DNA from: an uncultured Desulfobacterales bacterium
GTDB taxonomy: Bacteria; Desulfobacterota; Dissulfuribacteria; Dissulfuribacterales; S140-46
Reading direction: 5' to 3'
NCBI GenBank assembly: GCA_964620365.1
Contig: CAZUIH010000002.1
Location: 1,598 to 65,597, forward strand
Length of the DNA stretch: 64,000 nt
A program made the position numbers and the translations under genes. Within the stretch, counting starts at the first letter, position 1. Each line of letters opens with the position of its first letter. The notes under the pieces are model-generated. The model was not told the DNA's origin and did no database searches. It worked only from the letters and a program-made list of their open reading frames with translations. Shown here in pieces: positions 27,213 through 37,804 of the stretch.

Positions 27213-27519
27213 GTTTTTTAAAAAAGACTGTTTTTAAAGAACCAATCATTAAAATTGGACACCCTCTTGTATTATATAAAAAAATTAAATTTTTCTTAAG
27301 GAAAAAATAAGTTTCACAATATAATGGCTGAAAATATTCCTTATTTTTTAAAAACCTGGATTAATCTTACCAAAAAGTGGATATTCGAGCATATAGGTGG
27401 GTATGGCCCTTACAATACGAGTTGGCCGAAACAGATGGCATCACGACCAATTTGGTACCAGGCGTGAACCTGACCCATCTTTTCCCGTAACAAATAGGAT
27501 TTTGAAACAAGGGTGTGGT

Positions 27520-28446
27520 TTACATACTCTTCCAGATGGCCTTCAACTCATTAACCATCTTCAAATCATCCCGGACGGATCTCCCCCTTACTGTCAAATA
27601 ACCGCCTATTAGCATGGCGTCCGCCCCTGCCATGAAGGCCAATGTCTGAAAGTCTGCCAAAGCTGTTTCACGGCCACCGGCAATCCTGATCGGTTTGTCC
27701 TGGAGTATTATCCTGAATAGAGATATTGTCCTCAATATCTCCGGGATGGACAGGGGATTTTCTTTTTCAAGGGGTGTCCCTGGAATCGGCACCAATATAT
27801 TGATAGGAACAGAATCCACGTCAAAATATGCCAGGGTCTCTGCCATCAGTACGCGCTCTTCTTCAGACTCGCCTATACCTATGATCCCCCCGGAACAAAC
27901 CTCCAGCCCTGCCCTCTTGGCCGATTCCAGAGTTGCCAGACGTTCTTCATAGGTATGCGTGGTGACTACCTTGGGGAAGAAATCCCTGGAAGTTTCGAGA
28001 TTATGGTGATACCTTGAAAGTCCGGCATCCTTCAATATCTTAAGGGCATCTTCACCTGCAATCCCGAAAGAAGCACATACCTTTATTTGTACTCTGTCTC
28101 TTATTGCCTCTATATATGGGGCAAGCCTTTCCGCGTCTTTCGCCTCTATTCCACGACCGCTTGCCACCATGCTGAACCTGCTTGCCCCGCAGGCCTTCGC
28201 CTCCCTGGCCTTTTCCACCACTTCATCCAACGGTCTCAATGGATAAACCGGGGTGTCGGTCTTGTAACGGACAGATTGCGCACAGAAGCTGCAATCTTCT
28301 GAACATCCTCCTGACCTCACATTCATTATTGAGCAAAGGGAAAAGGCGTCCTTCCTGAATTGCAACTTTATGGACAGGGCCTCGGCCATCAGCTCACCAA
28401 GGCCCAACTTCATATATTTCTTTATTCTATCAGATAACCTTTCCAT
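27520..28446 (-). CDS. bioB: biotin synthase
   Basis: Radical SAM CSEDCSFC motif; 308 aa; last gene of the bio operon. Confidence 0.9.
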   Translation of the reverse strand: MERLSDRIKKYMKLGLGELMAEALSIKLQFRKDAFSLCSIMNVRSGGCSEDCSFCAQSVRYKTDTPVYPLRPLDEVVEKAREAKACGASRFSMVASGRGIEAKDAERLAPYIEAIRDRVQIKVCASFGIAGEDALKILKDAGLSRYHHNLETSRDFFPKVVTTHTYEERLATLESAKRAGLEVCSGGIIGIGESEEERVLMAETLAYFDVDSVPINILVPIPGTPLEKENPLSIPEILRTISLFRIILQDKPIRIAGGRETALADFQTLAFMAGADAMLIGGYLTVRGRSVRDDLKMVNELKAIWKSM

Positions 28447-28454
28447 GCCACCTT

Positions 28455-29819
28455 TTACACTTGCGAATCAAGGAGCGCACTTGAAATGGAGCTGCGGGTA
28501 CGATCGATTATATCTTCAATCTGGTCGACCGTGGTACACAAAGGCAGAAAAAGATATGTGACATTTCCCAAGGGCCTCAAGATCACTCCATTTTTAAGAC
28601 CTTCCAGATAAACCCTCCAGCCAGCACGATACTCAAAGGAATATGGTTCCCTGGTGGATCTATCCCTTACCAGTTCGAATCCAGCTACCATTCCGATGCA
28701 TCTTACATCACCTACACAGGAAAGTTCGCCGATATCCCTGGCACCTTTTTCAAGGGCGGCAACCTTTTCACCAAGTCCTTCCATAACCCTTTCCTTCTCA
28801 AAGACCTCCATTGATCCCAAAGCGGCCGCGCATGCCAGCGGATTTCCCGTGAAGGTGTGCCCATGGAAAAAGGTCCTGCCTTCCGAATAATCTCCATAGA
28901 AGGCATTGAAGATCTCATCTGTGGTGACCGTTGCCGCCATGGGGAGATATCCGCCAGTAAGGCCCTTTGAAAGACAGATAAAATCGGGCACTACTCCGGT
29001 CTGTTCCAGGGCAAACATGGTTCCCGTTCTTCCAAAGCCTGTGGCCACCTCGTCAAAGATCAGGTGTATAGAGTAAGGCCTGATGAGGGCCGCCAGCCTC
29101 TCAAGATATTTCGCGGGGTAGACGATCATACCCCCTGCCCCCTGAAGAAGTGGCTCCACTATTACCGCGGCAATCTTATCGTGCCCGTCTTTCAACAATG
29201 CTTCCAAGGGATCCAGACACTCGACTGAACAACCATCACTCTTTTGATCCATAGGACAGCGGTAACAGTATGGCGAGGGTATCCTGTAAGATTCAAAGGT
29301 CAGGGAATCAAAAGGCCCCTTGAAGTCAGGCACGCCTCCAAGGCTCATGGCCCCTATGGTATCTCCATGATATCCGCGCTCAAGGGAAACTATCTTTTCT
29401 CTCTTCTTCTCTCCAACCAGCTTCCAGTACTGAACAGACATCTTCACTGCCACTTCGCAGGCAGTGGAGCCATTGTCTGAATAAAATACCCGTGACAGCT
29501 TGGTTGGCAAAAGCTTTACAAGTTTTTCCGCCAGGAAGACACCTGGTTCGTGAAGCGTGTTTGCAAAGTGTACCTGTTCAAGATGGTCCAGTTGTTTTTT
29601 TATGGCATTCTTTATTACGGGATGATTGTGTCCATGGAGGATACACCACCAAGAAGAGATGGTATCGTAATAGCGGGTTCCATCCATATCAAACAAGAAA
29701 ACCCCTTCACCACGCTCAACACATAGAGGGTCGCTTTCCTCATAGTCCTTCATCTGCGTGTATGGATGCCACAATATCTGTCTGTCCAGCTGGAGAATTC
29801 TTTCTTTTCTTTCGTTCAT
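28455..29819 (-). CDS. bioA: adenosylmethionine-8-amino-7-oxononanoate aminotransferase
   Basis: Class III aminotransferase with DEVATGFGRTG and the SKGLTGGYLP lysine region; 454 aa. Confidence 0.9.
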   Translation of the reverse strand: MNERKERILQLDRQILWHPYTQMKDYEESDPLCVERGEGVFLFDMDGTRYYDTISSWWCILHGHNHPVIKNAIKKQLDHLEQVHFANTLHEPGVFLAEKLVKLLPTKLSRVFYSDNGSTACEVAVKMSVQYWKLVGEKKREKIVSLERGYHGDTIGAMSLGGVPDFKGPFDSLTFESYRIPSPYCYRCPMDQKSDGCSVECLDPLEALLKDGHDKIAAVIVEPLLQGAGGMIVYPAKYLERLAALIRPYSIHLIFDEVATGFGRTGTMFALEQTGVVPDFICLSKGLTGGYLPMAATVTTDEIFNAFYGDYSEGRTFFHGHTFTGNPLACAAALGSMEVFEKERVMEGLGEKVAALEKGARDIGELSCVGDVRCIGMVAGFELVRDRSTREPYSFEYRAGWRVYLEGLKNGVILRPLGNVTYLFLPLCTTVDQIEDIIDRTRSSISSALLDSQV

Positions 29820-29923
29820 ATCTAATACCTAATAAGTAATAAAGAGACAGCCGTAATAACCGTGCATATATTTCAGCCCATAAAGATACTCGGCTTTACC
29901 TGTTTCTTCCACTTAAGGAAACC

Positions 29924-30619
29924 TTAAGACCGGGAGAACTTTATATGGGAAAGAAGCTCGGATGCGAATGGCTCTACCACGGGACATGCCTCGTGGACTT
30001 CTTTTCTATGCGGGATAATCCCAAAAACCCTTATTCCGGAGACCTCTTCGATGGTTCTCTTGTTGTCGTTAATGATATCCGGATCATCCTGTTGCGTAGT
30101 GTTGAGAATAACCCCCAGGACATCTATATCCCTTCGCAAAAGGGCCTCTATGGTGAGCAGGGTATGATTCAGGGTTCCAAGGCCGCTTCTTGCCACGATC
30201 AGAGTTGGGATATCCAGTTCAGATACAAGGTCTGCCAACAGAACTTCCCTGGAAATTGGAACCAACACCCCGCCTACTCCTTCAACTATAAGGAGTTCGT
30301 GTCTTTTGCGCATGGACAGGAACACCGCCCTTAATCTCTCCATGTCGACTCTTTTGCCCTCTAACTCGGCGGCCAGATGCGGAGAAGCTGGAAATTCAAA
30401 ACAATAGGGACTTTCCATGGAGCCCGGAATGGCTATCCCCTCAATCCCGGCCTTTTCATAGATGAACTGACAATCTTCAGATAATGTGCTGTTACCTGTG
30501 CTCACCCACTTCTGCACCCCGACATCTATCCCCTTGGCCTTCCAAATCCTCGCCAGGCATGCGGTTACAAAAGTCTTTCCTACTCCTGTGTCAGTACCTG
30601 CAATAAAAATAACCATCAC
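29924..30619 (-). CDS. bioD: dethiobiotin synthase
   Basis: P-loop GTDTGVGKT; 231 aa. Confidence 0.85.
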   Translation of the reverse strand: MMVIFIAGTDTGVGKTFVTACLARIWKAKGIDVGVQKWVSTGNSTLSEDCQFIYEKAGIEGIAIPGSMESPYCFEFPASPHLAAELEGKRVDMERLRAVFLSMRKRHELLIVEGVGGVLVPISREVLLADLVSELDIPTLIVARSGLGTLNHTLLTIEALLRRDIDVLGVILNTTQQDDPDIINDNKRTIEEVSGIRVFGIIPHRKEVHEACPVVEPFASELLSHIKFSRS

Positions 30620-31398
30620 TGTTTCCTGCCTAAAATGAAAAACACCTCATAGGTTGCAACAATACCACCATAGGCATTCGTGTATCTTTGTTCAATTTTC
30701 CTGAGGCCTGCCCTGCTTCTAAAAAGAACCCTTTTTTTACCCTTCGGGGCCACCCCTGTCTTTTTAAGGCTTGTTAAAAAACCCTTAAGATCTGGATAAG
30801 TTCTCTTCACAACTCGTTTCTCCAGCCCGATGTCTGGAAAGGAGGCAGAGAATGTCTCAACCAGAGCCTGTTCATCTGGAAACGTATGGGGAGGAAGCAA
30901 TGCGTCCTGTCCTGCCACTTCTTCCAAAACATTTTCCAATTCAAAAAGAGAGTTGGAACCAAAAAGTGCGCATGCTATCACTCCTCCCGGTCTCAGCATC
31001 TGTCTGCACCTGTGCACCATGCCATTCAAGTCCGAAAACCAGTGAAACACCCCGCTACTGGCTATAAGATCTAGGCAAGGCACATCTTCGCAAGTCAGTT
31101 CCTCCGCGTCCGCTTCAAGACATGTCAAGTTGTGGTATCCGGCCATAAGGCTTTTTGTCCTTGATATCATCTCGTGAACCATGTCCACCGCTATTATGCG
31201 GGATGGTTTGAAGATGTCGGCAAGCATCCTTGTAAAGGTTCCTGTGCCACAGCCTATGTCCATGATGATGTCATATCTTTGCCTTGGAATAGACGCCAGA
31301 AGGTGCCTGGCCACTTCAGACTGGACATCGGAATATGAATCGTAAGTATCGGCAGCCCTGGAAAATGACCTTTTTATATTGGCCTTGTTAATCATCAA
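30616..31398 (-). CDS. bioC: malonyl-ACP O-methyltransferase
   Basis: SAM motif DIGCGTG. Position between the bioH-like gene and bioD, with 4 nt and 11 nt overlaps. Confidence 0.8.
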   Translation of the reverse strand: MMINKANIKRSFSRAADTYDSYSDVQSEVARHLLASIPRQRYDIIMDIGCGTGTFTRMLADIFKPSRIIAVDMVHEMISRTKSLMAGYHNLTCLEADAEELTCEDVPCLDLIASSGVFHWFSDLNGMVHRCRQMLRPGGVIACALFGSNSLFELENVLEEVAGQDALLPPHTFPDEQALVETFSASFPDIGLEKRVVKRTYPDLKGFLTSLKKTGVAPKGKKRVLFRSRAGLRKIEQRYTNAYGGIVATYEVFFILGRKQ

Positions 31399-32056
31399 AC
31401 TTCCTTTTGAACTCCGGAGACAGAAAGGGCAGATGCCCTGCGCCTGGGATTATTTCAGGCCTGAGTCCTGGTACCAGCCTGGGCAGATCTTCTTTTGGCG
31501 CAATCATGTCCTTTTCCCCATGAAATATCCTTACTGGAATTTGCTGGCATACAGATAGATCCAATTCCCTTTTTTCCAGGAGTCCCAGGCCTTGTTCGAG
31601 CAACCTTTGACTCCACTTGGAGATAAACGCTGTCTGAAAGCGCATCCGGAAATATTCTAGCCCCTTCCTATTTCCCCAGAAACAGAGCCTGTAAAAATAG
31701 GTAAGGGCTGCTGTCTTGTCCCTTTCAAGCCTTTTCCTTAACTCATCCATTTCACTACCTTGATATCGGGATCGCACAGAAACAAGAAAAAGGCTCCTCG
31801 TCCTGTCAGGATACATCTTAAGGAAATCGAGCACGTAGAAGGCGCCGAGAGACCAGCCCAACAAGAAAACAGACGGCACTCCAAGCGAATCCAGGAAAGA
31901 TGCAAGATCTTTGCATGTGTAACATAAAATGGGGTCTTCAGGGATAATGAAATCATAAGGGATATCCATGTCCAGAAAAATATCCCCGAGAAAACCCCAG
32001 CCAGGAGCCAAAAAAATGGGATTTTTCTTACCCCGATCTATCAGTCTAAAGGACAC
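31388..32056 (-). CDS. alpha/beta hydrolase, candidate pimeloyl-ACP methyl ester esterase (BioH-like role)
   Basis: Nucleophile elbow GWSLG, a late Asp (KDMIAP) and His (GAGHLPF). Embedded between bioF and bioC. Confidence 0.65.
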   Translation of the reverse strand: MSFRLIDRGKKNPIFLAPGWGFLGDIFLDMDIPYDFIIPEDPILCYTCKDLASFLDSLGVPSVFLLGWSLGAFYVLDFLKMYPDRTRSLFLVSVRSRYQGSEMDELRKRLERDKTAALTYFYRLCFWGNRKGLEYFRMRFQTAFISKWSQRLLEQGLGLLEKRELDLSVCQQIPVRIFHGEKDMIAPKEDLPRLVPGLRPEIIPGAGHLPFLSPEFKRKFDD

Positions 32057-33191
32057 TGCAAAATGCCTCTACAAGACGAGATATATCCTCAGCACTATGA
32101 TGAGAAGTCACGGACAACCTGATTCTTGCAGTACCACGGGGAACCGTCGGCGGTCTTATCGCACGGACGTAGAACCCTTTTTCAGACAGCACCTTTGCCA
32201 CTTTTAAAGCCAGGCTGCTATCACCTAAATATACCGGGACAATATAGGAACGTGATGTCATGTCAATATCCAGCCGCTCCATCAACGCCTTTCTCAGGGA
32301 TGAAGCCCTTTGAAAGAGTATCTTCCTGCGATAAGAATCCCGCTGCACCACCTTGATACTCTCTATATTGCCTCCCACAACTGAGGGGGGAAGGGCGGTG
32401 GAAAATATGAACGAGCGGGCCCGGTTGATCAAATAATCCCTGATCTTGCTGGACACTGCGGCAAAGGCTCCGTACCCCCCCAGCGCCTTACCAAAGGTGC
32501 CAACCATGACATCAACACTACGGGCGAGGCTGCGGGTAACAAGCCCTTCTCCCCTTCTCCCGTAACATCCGACTGCATGGGCCTCATCAATCATCAGGAC
32601 AGTTCCGTAACGCTCTTTCAATTGTATAAGGCCCTTTATTGGAGCGATATCTCCATCCATGCTGTAAAGACTTTCTGCCACTATCAACTTTTTTCCCTTT
32701 TTCGCCCTATATTTTTTCAGTAGATCCTCAAGATGATTTAAATCGTTATGGGCAAACCTGAAAAAACGTGCGCCGGAAAGGCGAATCCCGTCAATTATGC
32801 TGGCATGGACATATCGATCCGCAAAAATATAATCTCCTCGTCCACAAATGGCTGATATAATGCCCACATTTGCCAGGTAACCGCTGCCAAAAAGCAACGC
32901 GTTCTTAGTACCCTTGAAGTCAGCAATGTACCTTTCCAGCTCCTGATGTAAGACAAGATCTCCGCTCATGAGCCGGGCTGCTCTGCTACCCACACCCCAA
33001 GCCCTTGCAGCCTCAATTGACGCGGAGATCACGGATTCATGGTCGGAAAGGCCAAGATAATCATTAGATGAAAAATCGACAAGGTTACGGCCTTTAATGA
33101 CAACAGCCATTTTGTCTCTTTTTTCTACCGTGGACAGGGTACGGACAAGGGCATCCCTTTCAATTGTGTATAACTCTTTAGAGGTATCCAT
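32046..33191 (-). CDS. bioF: 8-amino-7-oxononanoate synthase
   Basis: PLP-dependent acyltransferase with the GTFGKALG lysine motif; 381 aa. Confidence 0.9.
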   Translation of the reverse strand: MDTSKELYTIERDALVRTLSTVEKRDKMAVVIKGRNLVDFSSNDYLGLSDHESVISASIEAARAWGVGSRAARLMSGDLVLHQELERYIADFKGTKNALLFGSGYLANVGIISAICGRGDYIFADRYVHASIIDGIRLSGARFFRFAHNDLNHLEDLLKKYRAKKGKKLIVAESLYSMDGDIAPIKGLIQLKERYGTVLMIDEAHAVGCYGRRGEGLVTRSLARSVDVMVGTFGKALGGYGAFAAVSSKIRDYLINRARSFIFSTALPPSVVGGNIESIKVVQRDSYRRKILFQRASSLRKALMERLDIDMTSRSYIVPVYLGDSSLALKVAKVLSEKGFYVRAIRPPTVPRGTARIRLSVTSHHSAEDISRLVEAFCSVL

Positions 33192-33365
33192 AAACTCCTT
33201 CCCTGGAGATAATGTATGTATACTTAATTTATAATAAGATCATAAAAAGCAAAGATAGAATAGAGGGTGGTCCTGATTGTCCACAAATCCGGTTGATCTG
33301 AATAGCAATACCTGGTTCTTGTCACCTTGATCCTTTAGATATGGCCGGACCGTATTAACCACAGG

Positions 33366-33400
33366 CAAAAAAACCCCCTTGCTTTTGGTGCAAGAGGGAA
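33366..33400 (-). terminator. rho-independent terminator after the 33440..33715 gene
   Basis: Minus sense CCCTCTTGC-ACCAAAA-GCAAGGGGG followed by TTTTTTT. Confidence 0.7.
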
Positions 33401-33439
33401 TGGCACAACATTTTTTTAGAGGTGACCCCTTATTTATTT

Positions 33440-33715
33440 TTAAATACCTTTAGTTTGTCTCGTTTCCGGCCTGTCATCTATGTTGTGCACCAACTCTGAC
33501 ACCTGAATACCCAGAGAAACACACTGTTTGCCAAGCATACAGGCATCAGCCTCTTGAGGCTCTAAATAGGTATCAAGTTTTTTGCCATTCCTTTCCAGGT
33601 GTACAATCCACGCCTTTTGGGCCTTGTCATACTCAACATCCACGTCGATTTGACATTCCCCAATGTCTGGATAAATCTCATGAATCTTTTCGCACAGAGC
33701 CTTTTTGTCAATCAT
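33440..33715 (-). CDS. small hypothetical protein (91 aa)
   Basis: AGGAGG-type SD (GGAAGGAGGTCG) before the ATG, and its own terminator. I recognise no family. Confidence 0.5.
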   Translation of the reverse strand: MIDKKALCEKIHEIYPDIGECQIDVDVEYDKAQKAWIVHLERNGKKLDTYLEPQEADACMLGKQCVSLGIQVSELVHNIDDRPETRQTKGI

Positions 33716-33840
33716 GAAACGACCTCCTTCCTTCTGTTAGAAAAATTATAAGAAAGCTGATACTCTAATAAAAGTGACCTTATAAAAGGATATGCTTGTT
33801 CCAAGGAATGGGCAAGAAGATCTTATTGAATGAAATAACA

Positions 33841-33888
33841 AAACTCTACTCGCCATTCCGTGTTCCGGGTAGTAGGCGAGTAGAGTTT
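33841..33888 (-). terminator. long-stem terminator downstream of lpxC
   Basis: Perfect 14 bp inverted repeat AAACTCTACTCGCC / GGCGAGTAGAGTTT, followed on the minus strand by a T-rich run. Confidence 0.65.
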
Positions 33889-33921
33889 AATTCGGTAATT
33901 AAGGGGGGGGTACTATTTCAA

Positions 33922-34968
33922 CTAGGCTGGACAGGCGGGTGCTATTGCCGTCTCGGAAACAGGTGAAAGCCTTGGCACCTCCCATGAGGGACAGGTAGTA
34001 GTATACTTCCAGGCATAAGGACGGCTTATAATCTCCTGGTTAAGGAGATGGTGCAATGTGTGACCGCTTCTAACAGAAGCAACCTTTGCCATCAGCGGAG
34101 CCCCGAGAAGATATAGGTCACCTATCAGATCAAGTACTTTGTGACGCACAAATTCGTCTTCAAATCTGAGCCCCTCTTTGTTTAGTATCTCCTCATCCCC
34201 AATCACAATGGCGTTCTCCAAGGAACCTCCGAGGGCGAAACCATTCTGACGAAGCATCTCAACTTCTTTCAGGAATCCGAAGGTCCTGGCCTTTGCTATG
34301 TGACGCTTAAACAGACTCGAGGATATCTTTGTGCTAAATTGTTGCTCTGCAATCAGGGGATGGGCAAAATCGATCATAAAAGAGATCTCTAGACAATTAC
34401 TGGGCTCAAGACAGATACTGCTCCCGCCAGACGTCACGGTTATAGGCTCCAGGAGCTTTATAAAACGCTTAGACTTTTTCTGGATTTTAAGCCCCGCCCG
34501 CTGGATACCGTAAACAAATGGAGCTGCACTGCCATCCATTGCAGGAACCTCGGGTCCATCTATTAATACCCTGGCATTATCCACTCCCAACCCTGCAAAG
34601 GCTGCCATTAAATGTTCTATAGTCCCAACAGTTACGCCATCCTTGCCTACGGTGGTAGCCAAGCTAGTGTCTGTTACGAATTCGCTCCTACAGGGTATCT
34701 CCACGCTACGACCTACATCCGTTCGTACAAAGCAAATCCCTGAATCAGCTGGAGCTGGCTCAATAACTATGGTCACCTTCTTTCCTGAGTGAAGGCCTAT
34801 GCCAGAAAACCTGGCCGGTTTTTTTAAGGTATATTGAAAGCTTTTCACTTTATATTGTCTCCATGTCTGCCGTCTTTTCGCACGCGCTTGTATAGCAAGC
34901 AAAAAAAATGCCAAACTCCCACCAACTTTTTTTTGATGTAATTTTAGTATATTACCGAGCAGAGACAA
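33922..34968 (-). CDS. lpxC: UDP-3-O-acyl-N-acetylglucosamine deacetylase
   Basis: FSGIGLHSGKKV N-terminal motif and the overall LpxC pattern. The first 40 codons look non-native; GTG 34848 (after GGAGA) is a likelier start. Confidence 0.85.
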   Translation of the reverse strand: MSLLGNILKLHQKKVGGSLAFFLLAIQARAKRRQTWRQYKVKSFQYTLKKPARFSGIGLHSGKKVTIVIEPAPADSGICFVRTDVGRSVEIPCRSEFVTDTSLATTVGKDGVTVGTIEHLMAAFAGLGVDNARVLIDGPEVPAMDGSAAPFVYGIQRAGLKIQKKSKRFIKLLEPITVTSGGSSICLEPSNCLEISFMIDFAHPLIAEQQFSTKISSSLFKRHIAKARTFGFLKEVEMLRQNGFALGGSLENAIVIGDEEILNKEGLRFEDEFVRHKVLDLIGDLYLLGAPLMAKVASVRSGHTLHHLLNQEIISRPYAWKYTTTCPSWEVPRLSPVSETAIAPACPA

Positions 34969-35464
34969 AATCAGTCACAATCATAAAGACTTAAACGTCC
35001 CTTTGATTAAAGGCAGGAAAGACAAAAAAGTCGCTATCAATGCCCCCGAAGGGTGCATGCCTGTCCGCGGCGGAGTAACAAATCCCTTGGGGCATTAATA
35101 CTGCTCATGTATTTCACTCATCACACACCGTATCGCCTGACCTTTAAATACAAACAGTCTATTTCCGTAGATCTCACGCATATTGCTGGCCAAAGGCCCC
35201 CAAACATGAAGATCTGTTGCAGTGGCGGGTATATTAGCGGCTACTTATCCTTGAAACTCGCGGACTAGCAAAAGGCAGGACAAAAATGACAATGATTTTT
35301 TGGCAACAAGGGGGAATCTTCAAAAAACTCACGATCCGGAATTGTCCGTAGAACAGAAAGGGACGAGACAAAAGCCATTTCAAGTAAACCGTGCCCTCCA
35401 GACAGATACTCTGGAAAGGACCAGCCTGGTTCCAGGCTACAGATCCAACGATAGGGCTCTTAAA

Positions 35465-36400
35465 CTATGTACTCAACCCCAGCCTTCTAAGGGCCTTTTC
35501 ATCCTTGGACCAATCCTTGAGCACCTTCACCCACAGTTCCAGATATACCTTCTTGTCCCAAAGATGCTCCAGCTCTTCTCGGGCCATTCGCCCAATTTTC
35601 TTTAAAAAGCTACCACCTTTGCCTATCAATATCCCCTTTTGGGAAGACCTTTCCACAAATATGGTGGCCCGAATCTTTATAAGATCCTTGTCAGGGACTT
35701 CTTTTATTTCTTCCACATCAACAGCAGTAGAATAAGGTATTTCCTGTTTTGCCAACAAAAAAACCTTTTCTCTTATAAGCTCAGCGGCTATTTCCTCCCT
35801 GGACTGATCCGTTATGGTGGTACCATCGTAGTATTGAGGGCCATCGGACAAAAGACGCAGTATCTCATCTAGGACCCTGTCAGCTCCATCTCCATACTTG
35901 GCTGATACAGGGATAATTGCTTCAAAGGGAAAGGCATGTCTAAACTCTTCTATAATGGGCAAAAGGTTCTCTTTAGCGACCTTGTCCACTTTGTTCAGTA
36001 CCAATATTACCGGCCGACCTACCTCTCTCAACAGGTCGATTATGCCCAACTCTTGGCTTCTTTCGCGTCTGGTTACGTCCACTAGCAAAAGGACCACGTC
36101 TACCCCGTAAAGGGCCTGTGTAGCCCATTTGACCAACATCTTGTTAAGGAGACGCTTTGATTCATGAATACCCGGGGTATCCACAAACACTATCTGATAA
36201 TTGTCTCCTGTCAGTATGCCTCTTATCTGACGCCTGGTGGTCTGAGGCTTTGGCGTGGTGATAGCTACTTTTTCTCCCAGTAGCTGATTAAGAAGAGTCG
36301 ATTTGCCTACGTTGGGCGCACCTACGATCGCTACAAAACCAGATTTAAAAGGATAATTTTGTGAAGGGGGATGCGGGTCTGTGTCCATCTCCATGCTCAT
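35465..36400 (-). CDS. era: GTPase Era
   Basis: G1 GAPNVGKST, G3 DTPG, G4 NKVD, C-terminal KH domain. Overlaps rnc by 4 nt. Confidence 0.9.
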   Translation of the reverse strand: MSMEMDTDPHPPSQNYPFKSGFVAIVGAPNVGKSTLLNQLLGEKVAITTPKPQTTRRQIRGILTGDNYQIVFVDTPGIHESKRLLNKMLVKWATQALYGVDVVLLLVDVTRRERSQELGIIDLLREVGRPVILVLNKVDKVAKENLLPIIEEFRHAFPFEAIIPVSAKYGDGADRVLDEILRLLSDGPQYYDGTTITDQSREEIAAELIREKVFLLAKQEIPYSTAVDVEEIKEVPDKDLIKIRATIFVERSSQKGILIGKGGSFLKKIGRMAREELEHLWDKKVYLELWVKVLKDWSKDEKALRRLGLST

Positions 36401-37098
36401 TCTATAAAAGTTTGCAAGGCCTTGCTAGCCGCTTCTCTCTCAGCTTCCTTTTTACTTTTTCCCTCTCCTTTGGCCATCAACTTGCCCCGGAGATACAGGG
36501 CCACCTTAAATTTTCTTTGATGATCAGGGCCCGACACCTGTTCAAGAACATACTCAGGCACTGTATGAAATCTTGCCTGGGTTATCTCTTGCAAGATTGT
36601 CTTGTAATCCTGAACCTGTCCAGTCCCGTAAGCCTCATCTATAATATCTTTAAAATATCTTGTAATCAAAGTAAAGATGGGTTCAATGCCTCCGTCAAGA
36701 TACATCGCCCCCAAAAGCGCTTCAAAGGAATCGGACAAAATGGAAGGTTTTTTCGCTCCTCCACTCCTTCTCTCCCCCCTGCCAAGTCGTATACAATTCC
36801 CTAGACCTATCCTAGAGGCCTGCTTTGCAAGCTGGCTCTCATTTACCAAATAGGCCCTCATCCTGGTCAACTCTCCCTCACTGCACTTTGAAGCAAACCT
36901 TTCATAGAGAAGATGGCTGACTACAAGTTCCAGGACCGCGTCGCCCAAGAACTCAAGCCGTTCGTTGTCCTTGACATTCCCCGAACATTCCACGGCATAG
37001 GATTTGTGGGTCAGGGCCTGCTCGAGCAATTCCTGATTTTTAAAATGGTACCCTATTGTAGACTGGAGGAGATCTAAGTTACTTTTATCTTGTTCCAT
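36397..37098 (-). CDS. rnc: ribonuclease III
   Basis: RNase III signature ERLEFLGDAVL and a C-terminal dsRBD. Confidence 0.9.
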   Translation of the reverse strand: MEQDKSNLDLLQSTIGYHFKNQELLEQALTHKSYAVECSGNVKDNERLEFLGDAVLELVVSHLLYERFASKCSEGELTRMRAYLVNESQLAKQASRIGLGNCIRLGRGERRSGGAKKPSILSDSFEALLGAMYLDGGIEPIFTLITRYFKDIIDEAYGTGQVQDYKTILQEITQARFHTVPEYVLEQVSGPDHQRKFKVALYLRGKLMAKGEGKSKKEAEREAASKALQTFIE

Positions 37099-37804
37099 TT
37101 ATGTCTTTGCAACAACCGGTTAAATAAACTCGTAGTTTACAGCGTCACAGAAAGTCAATCACTTCAATAAATATAGCGGTGCAAGGCTTATTAAATCATC
37201 AAAGAAGGCTGCACCGCAACAGATCGCACCTTTTGTTACCCCGGCAACTGATCAAACTTCTGTTTTTCCTCTTGCCCTAATATGTTAGCTGTAATGCTTT
37301 TTGTACCAAAAATAGAGAGACACAACAAGTCGACCACTCCTTGTTATTGAACAGCATGTGCTTGAACCGCCGTTCAAAAACGTCGTACGCTTCCATGTAT
37401 TGGTCCGATTGCCCAGTTGGCTCTTTTTTTCAATCCCTAATTTAGACAGCCATCGCGTTTGCTGAAGTTGTAAGGCATAAAGACAGGCAGGGACACTCCC
37501 AGTCTTCAACTACTTGACAACACAGGAAAATGGGGAAAACCGGCAGTCCCATGTGACTTCATCCTAAAAAAGCCGGTTGAGTAAAGAATTCTCTTCCATT
37601 ATCACTAAGTAACTCTCTTGTTTCGCAAATAAAAAAATTTCGGCAATTCAAGCGCGTGACACGGGATAATGACAGCAAAACCAGCCCAGTGGTCAAGAAC
37701 CTGATTTTCCAGGGTTGCATGGTGGATTTGGCATATCGTTCTTGATTTAGTGGTCAGGTTTTGGCTATGTTATATGGAATCGTATCAAGAAAGGAAAAGG
37801 AAAA

